Origin: Candidatus Heimdallarchaeota archaeon
GTDB taxonomy: Archaea > Asgardarchaeota > Heimdallarchaeia > Heimdallarchaeales > Heimdallarchaeaceae
Direction of reading: 5' to 3'
Length of the DNA: 8,413 nt
NCBI GenBank assembly: GCA_030668875.1
Contig: DAOVER010000084.1
Span: 1 to 8,413 of the forward strand
Below, one piece after another: positions 6,357-8,413 of the stretch. Every line of letters starts with the position of its first letter. Positions within the stretch are counted from its first letter, which is position 1. The notes below the pieces were generated by a model. That model searched no databases. It saw nothing but the letters and a program-made list of their open reading frames with translations, and was not told where the DNA came from. Made by a program: the position numbers and the translations under genes.

Positions 6357-7910
6357 GTGAAAAATCCTTTCAAGAAACCTCTATTTACTTCTATTTTTCT
6401 TGTGTTGTTAATTGTGGTTAGTTTAAGCGGTTTTTTCATTACTAAAACTATTCTTGATAATACAACAAACTTTGAGTTGAATATTATTTCTGTCGAAGAA
6501 AGTACAATAAAAGGAGATCCAGTCAAAATAGTTTTTGAGATTTATATTGATAGAAGAGGAGACGTCTTAATAGAAAGTATCCAATTTGGTATATACTCTG
6601 AAGAATATAATTTCAACATTACAGCTATTCAGGAAATTAACCAAACTAAAAGCGGGAGGACCAATTATAGCATAACAGTTTTCTTGTATCCTCTACTGAA
6701 TTCAAGCGAAGGATTCTATGCATTAAATGTAGGAAATTATAATTTGTATTCAGCTACTGTTTCATTTGGAGAACAACTACCTGCTGTGTTTAAGAAAATA
6801 AATTTCGATTTCAGTATAATCAATCCTATGAAGGAAGAAAAAGTTGCAAATGGAGATTTTGGAGATGAATCAGCTGGATGGGAGATTAGCAAACTAGATA
6901 CTGTGCTTATTCCTGATATAGAAACCTCGTCACCACTAAGTGGCCCTTCATTTCATATTTCCAACGTTGATAATATTACAGCGGTTAACCAAACTTGGGT
7001 TTCAATATCTCAAAACATGAATTTAACAAATGCACATTTCGTTTCCTTTGATATACTATTAGATAAACCAGGTATTCTTGGGGCTAATTTGGCCATAAAC
7101 GGTAATCCACAGACAATGGGCCTTGTCTTAACTGAAAGCTCATCAACCGATCAGATAATCTATTTTGAGCATACTAAAGGTATAGCCAACGTCACACTTC
7201 AAATTATTTTTACAGAAATTACAGAATATTCCAATGTTTACTTAGATAATGTATCAGTAATTAGTTATGAACATAGAGTGTTTGTTGTTGCACTTAATGA
7301 TAATTGGGAAGTGATGGACGATAAAATCATTAGAAAAAGCCCTATAATTGGAATTACTAATGCATCGTTATACTTTGAAAAAGATTTAGGCATCAAACTC
7401 ATGCCAATATTGGAATTAGACTGGCACCCCCCTACAACAGAATATCCTGATGTTTATGATTATAGTAAACAAACAACTGGAGATTTACTTAATTTAGAGG
7501 GTGGGTGGGATGTAATGGCCGGTAGATCTTTAAGCAACAACGGATTTGATTTTCTATCTTGCTTCTCTAACCAAACAAGCGATCATTTTGGCTTTGCCTT
7601 TTTCGACAGTAACATAGCTTTCCATTTTGCTAGGTCCCGGGAACTAGAAAATTATATTGAAGATTATTTTCCAAATGGCTTTAGCATCCCTGAAGAATGG
7701 GTAGAAAACATTATTCAGCATGAAATTAGTCATGATTTTGGAGCATTAGATAGAGATAGAGCAATTTATCCTCCAAGCATTATGAGTAAACCATTCAATG
7801 CAGACCAAGCTGCAGCTGACTTTATATCAAACAAATTATGGTCACAAGTAAATAACTGGCTTCTAGAGGATATTTTGCTAATGCTTGAAACTAAAGCCAT
7901 GTTTGATTGA
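6357..7910 (+). CDS. Membrane-anchored or secreted zinc metalloprotease (metzincin-like) with a central CBM-like beta-sandwich
   Basis: Basic N-terminus plus hydrophobic helix; VANGDF...GW ... VYLDNVSV bracket a CBM4/9-like domain; HEISHDFGALD (7719-7751) followed by SIM (Met at 7782-7784, Met-turn-like); 12 N-x-S/T sequons counted by eye. Confidence 0.7.
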   Translation: MKNPFKKPLFTSIFLVLLIVVSLSGFFITKTILDNTTNFELNIISVEESTIKGDPVKIVFEIYIDRRGDVLIESIQFGIYSEEYNFNITAIQEINQTKSGRTNYSITVFLYPLLNSSEGFYALNVGNYNLYSATVSFGEQLPAVFKKINFDFSIINPMKEEKVANGDFGDESAGWEISKLDTVLIPDIETSSPLSGPSFHISNVDNITAVNQTWVSISQNMNLTNAHFVSFDILLDKPGILGANLAINGNPQTMGLVLTESSSTDQIIYFEHTKGIANVTLQIIFTEITEYSNVYLDNVSVISYEHRVFVVALNDNWEVMDDKIIRKSPIIGITNASLYFEKDLGIKLMPILELDWHPPTTEYPDVYDYSKQTTGDLLNLEGGWDVMAGRSLSNNGFDFLSCFSNQTSDHFGFAFFDSNIAFHFARSRELENYIEDYFPNGFSIPEEWVENIIQHEISHDFGALDRDRAIYPPSIMSKPFNADQAAADFISNKLWSQVNNWLLEDILLMLETKAMFD

Positions 7911-7984
7911 ATTTGCTTAAGCTGTTATAACAAGAACGAAAAGCTTAATTACATAAGGATGGGCAAAATAGTTAGAACATTCTC

Positions 7985-8093
7985 GGCCGGATGGTCTAGC
8001 TTGGTATGGCCCTGGGTTTGGGACTCAGTGATCCCGTGTTCAAAATAACTTCAGATGCGCTCTGAAATATTGAAAATCACGGTCCGGCCACCA
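7985..8093 (+). tRNA. tRNA-Pro (anticodon UGG) with a 32-nt intron in the T-loop (59/60; 8045-8076); CCA encoded
   Basis: Acceptor GGCCGGA/TCCGGCC-A-CCA; anticodon arm CTGGG-TT-TGG-GA-CTCAG; T-stem CCGTG/CACGG enclosing 39 nt instead of 7. Removing 32 nt gives TTCAAAT and a 77-nt tRNA. Central helix TTCA/TGAA is followed by a 3-nt bulge (AAT). Confidence 0.92.
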
Positions 8094-8110
8094 AACTCTT
8101 CTAACTAAAT

Positions 8111-8240
8111 TGACAAAAATATTTGTTTTTATGATGTTCATTTGTCTTCTTGGACAAAGCTTGGTACATGTCGTGCTTAGAGGTCATGATATAGAGCGAA
8201 GATACTCTATACTCACTCTGAGTGGATACATCACGTATCC
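8111..8240 (-). ncRNA. Candidate omegaRNA of the second TnpB (scaffold ~8240-8131 or longer, guide ~8130-8111)
   Basis: Minus-strand hairpin GGATAC-GTGAT-GTATCC (8240-8224). Its loop GUGAU can pair with AUCAU (8135-8131; four Watson-Crick pairs and one G-U). A further hairpin TTGTC/GACAA lies between. Confidence 0.5.
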
Positions 8241-8413
8241 TCCTACCCCGTTCACACTACGTTTAGGTAGTGCTTTCGGATCGCTTTTTATCAGAATATT
8301 ATATGCAGCATTAACATCAGCATTGATTAGGTGGCCTTGAGCAGAACGGAACAACCCTCGATGGATCCTTTTCCCCTTGTACTTCTTACGATAACGGGGA
8401 AATTCATTATCCA
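8131..8413 (-). mobile_element. Right part of an IS200/IS605-family (tnpB-bearing) element; right end inferred near 8131
   Basis: tnpB C-terminus followed by hairpins; the sequence ends ...AACATCAT before an abrupt switch to AT-only flank. Confidence 0.6.
8184..8413 (-). CDS. tnpB: C-terminal 75 aa of an IS200/IS605-type TnpB (5'-truncated by the window; not in the ORF track)
   Basis: Minus-strand frame from 8411: DNEFPRYRKKYKGKRIHRGLFRSAQGHLINADVNAAYNILIKSDPKALPKRSVNGVGGYVMYPLRVSIEYLRSIS*. Contains the KRxxRGLF..INADVNAAYNI RuvC-III signature with Asp intact. Confidence 0.92.
   Translation of the reverse strand, partial: DNEFPRYRKKYKGKRIHRGLFRSAQGHLINADVNAAYNILIKSDPKALPKRSVNGVGGYVMYPLRVSIEYLRSIS

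Noticed and set aside
8110-8340. 76-aa plus-strand ORF
   Set aside because: Antisense shadow of the tnpB C-terminus and omegaRNA; no recognisable motif.

Overview
Archaeal chromosomal segment. Archaeal origin is supported by archaeal-type tRNAs with introns and TATA-like boxes; an Asgard lineage is inferred from a uDENN/longin-like gene and is not proven. Two unrelated TnpB-carrying transposons enter from the two window edges. Left (1-~2378, +): an IS607-type element with a partial serine-recombinase tnpA and an unusually long (~635 codon) TnpB-like reading frame. That frame is split by one in-frame TAG and has His in place of the third RuvC catalytic Asp. It is followed by a candidate omegaRNA whose hairpin loop pairs with a 7-nt segment at the inferred right end. 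The element appears to cut a uDENN/longin-like gene. Middle: tRNA-Leu(UAG), a GNAT pseudogene, an isochorismatase-family hydrolase, tRNA-Glu(UUC) whose 31-nt intron is largely antisense to its own anticodon arm, an alpha/beta-hydrolase, a stand-alone Lrp/AsnC RAM-domain protein, a bacterial-type PlsY acyltransferase and a membrane-anchored metzincin-like protease. Right: tRNA-Pro(UGG) with a 32-nt T-loop intron, then the 3' end of a second, IS200/IS605-type tnpB on the minus strand (absent from the ORF track) with its own candidate omegaRNA and right end near 8131. All calls are from motif recognition by eye; no searches were run.
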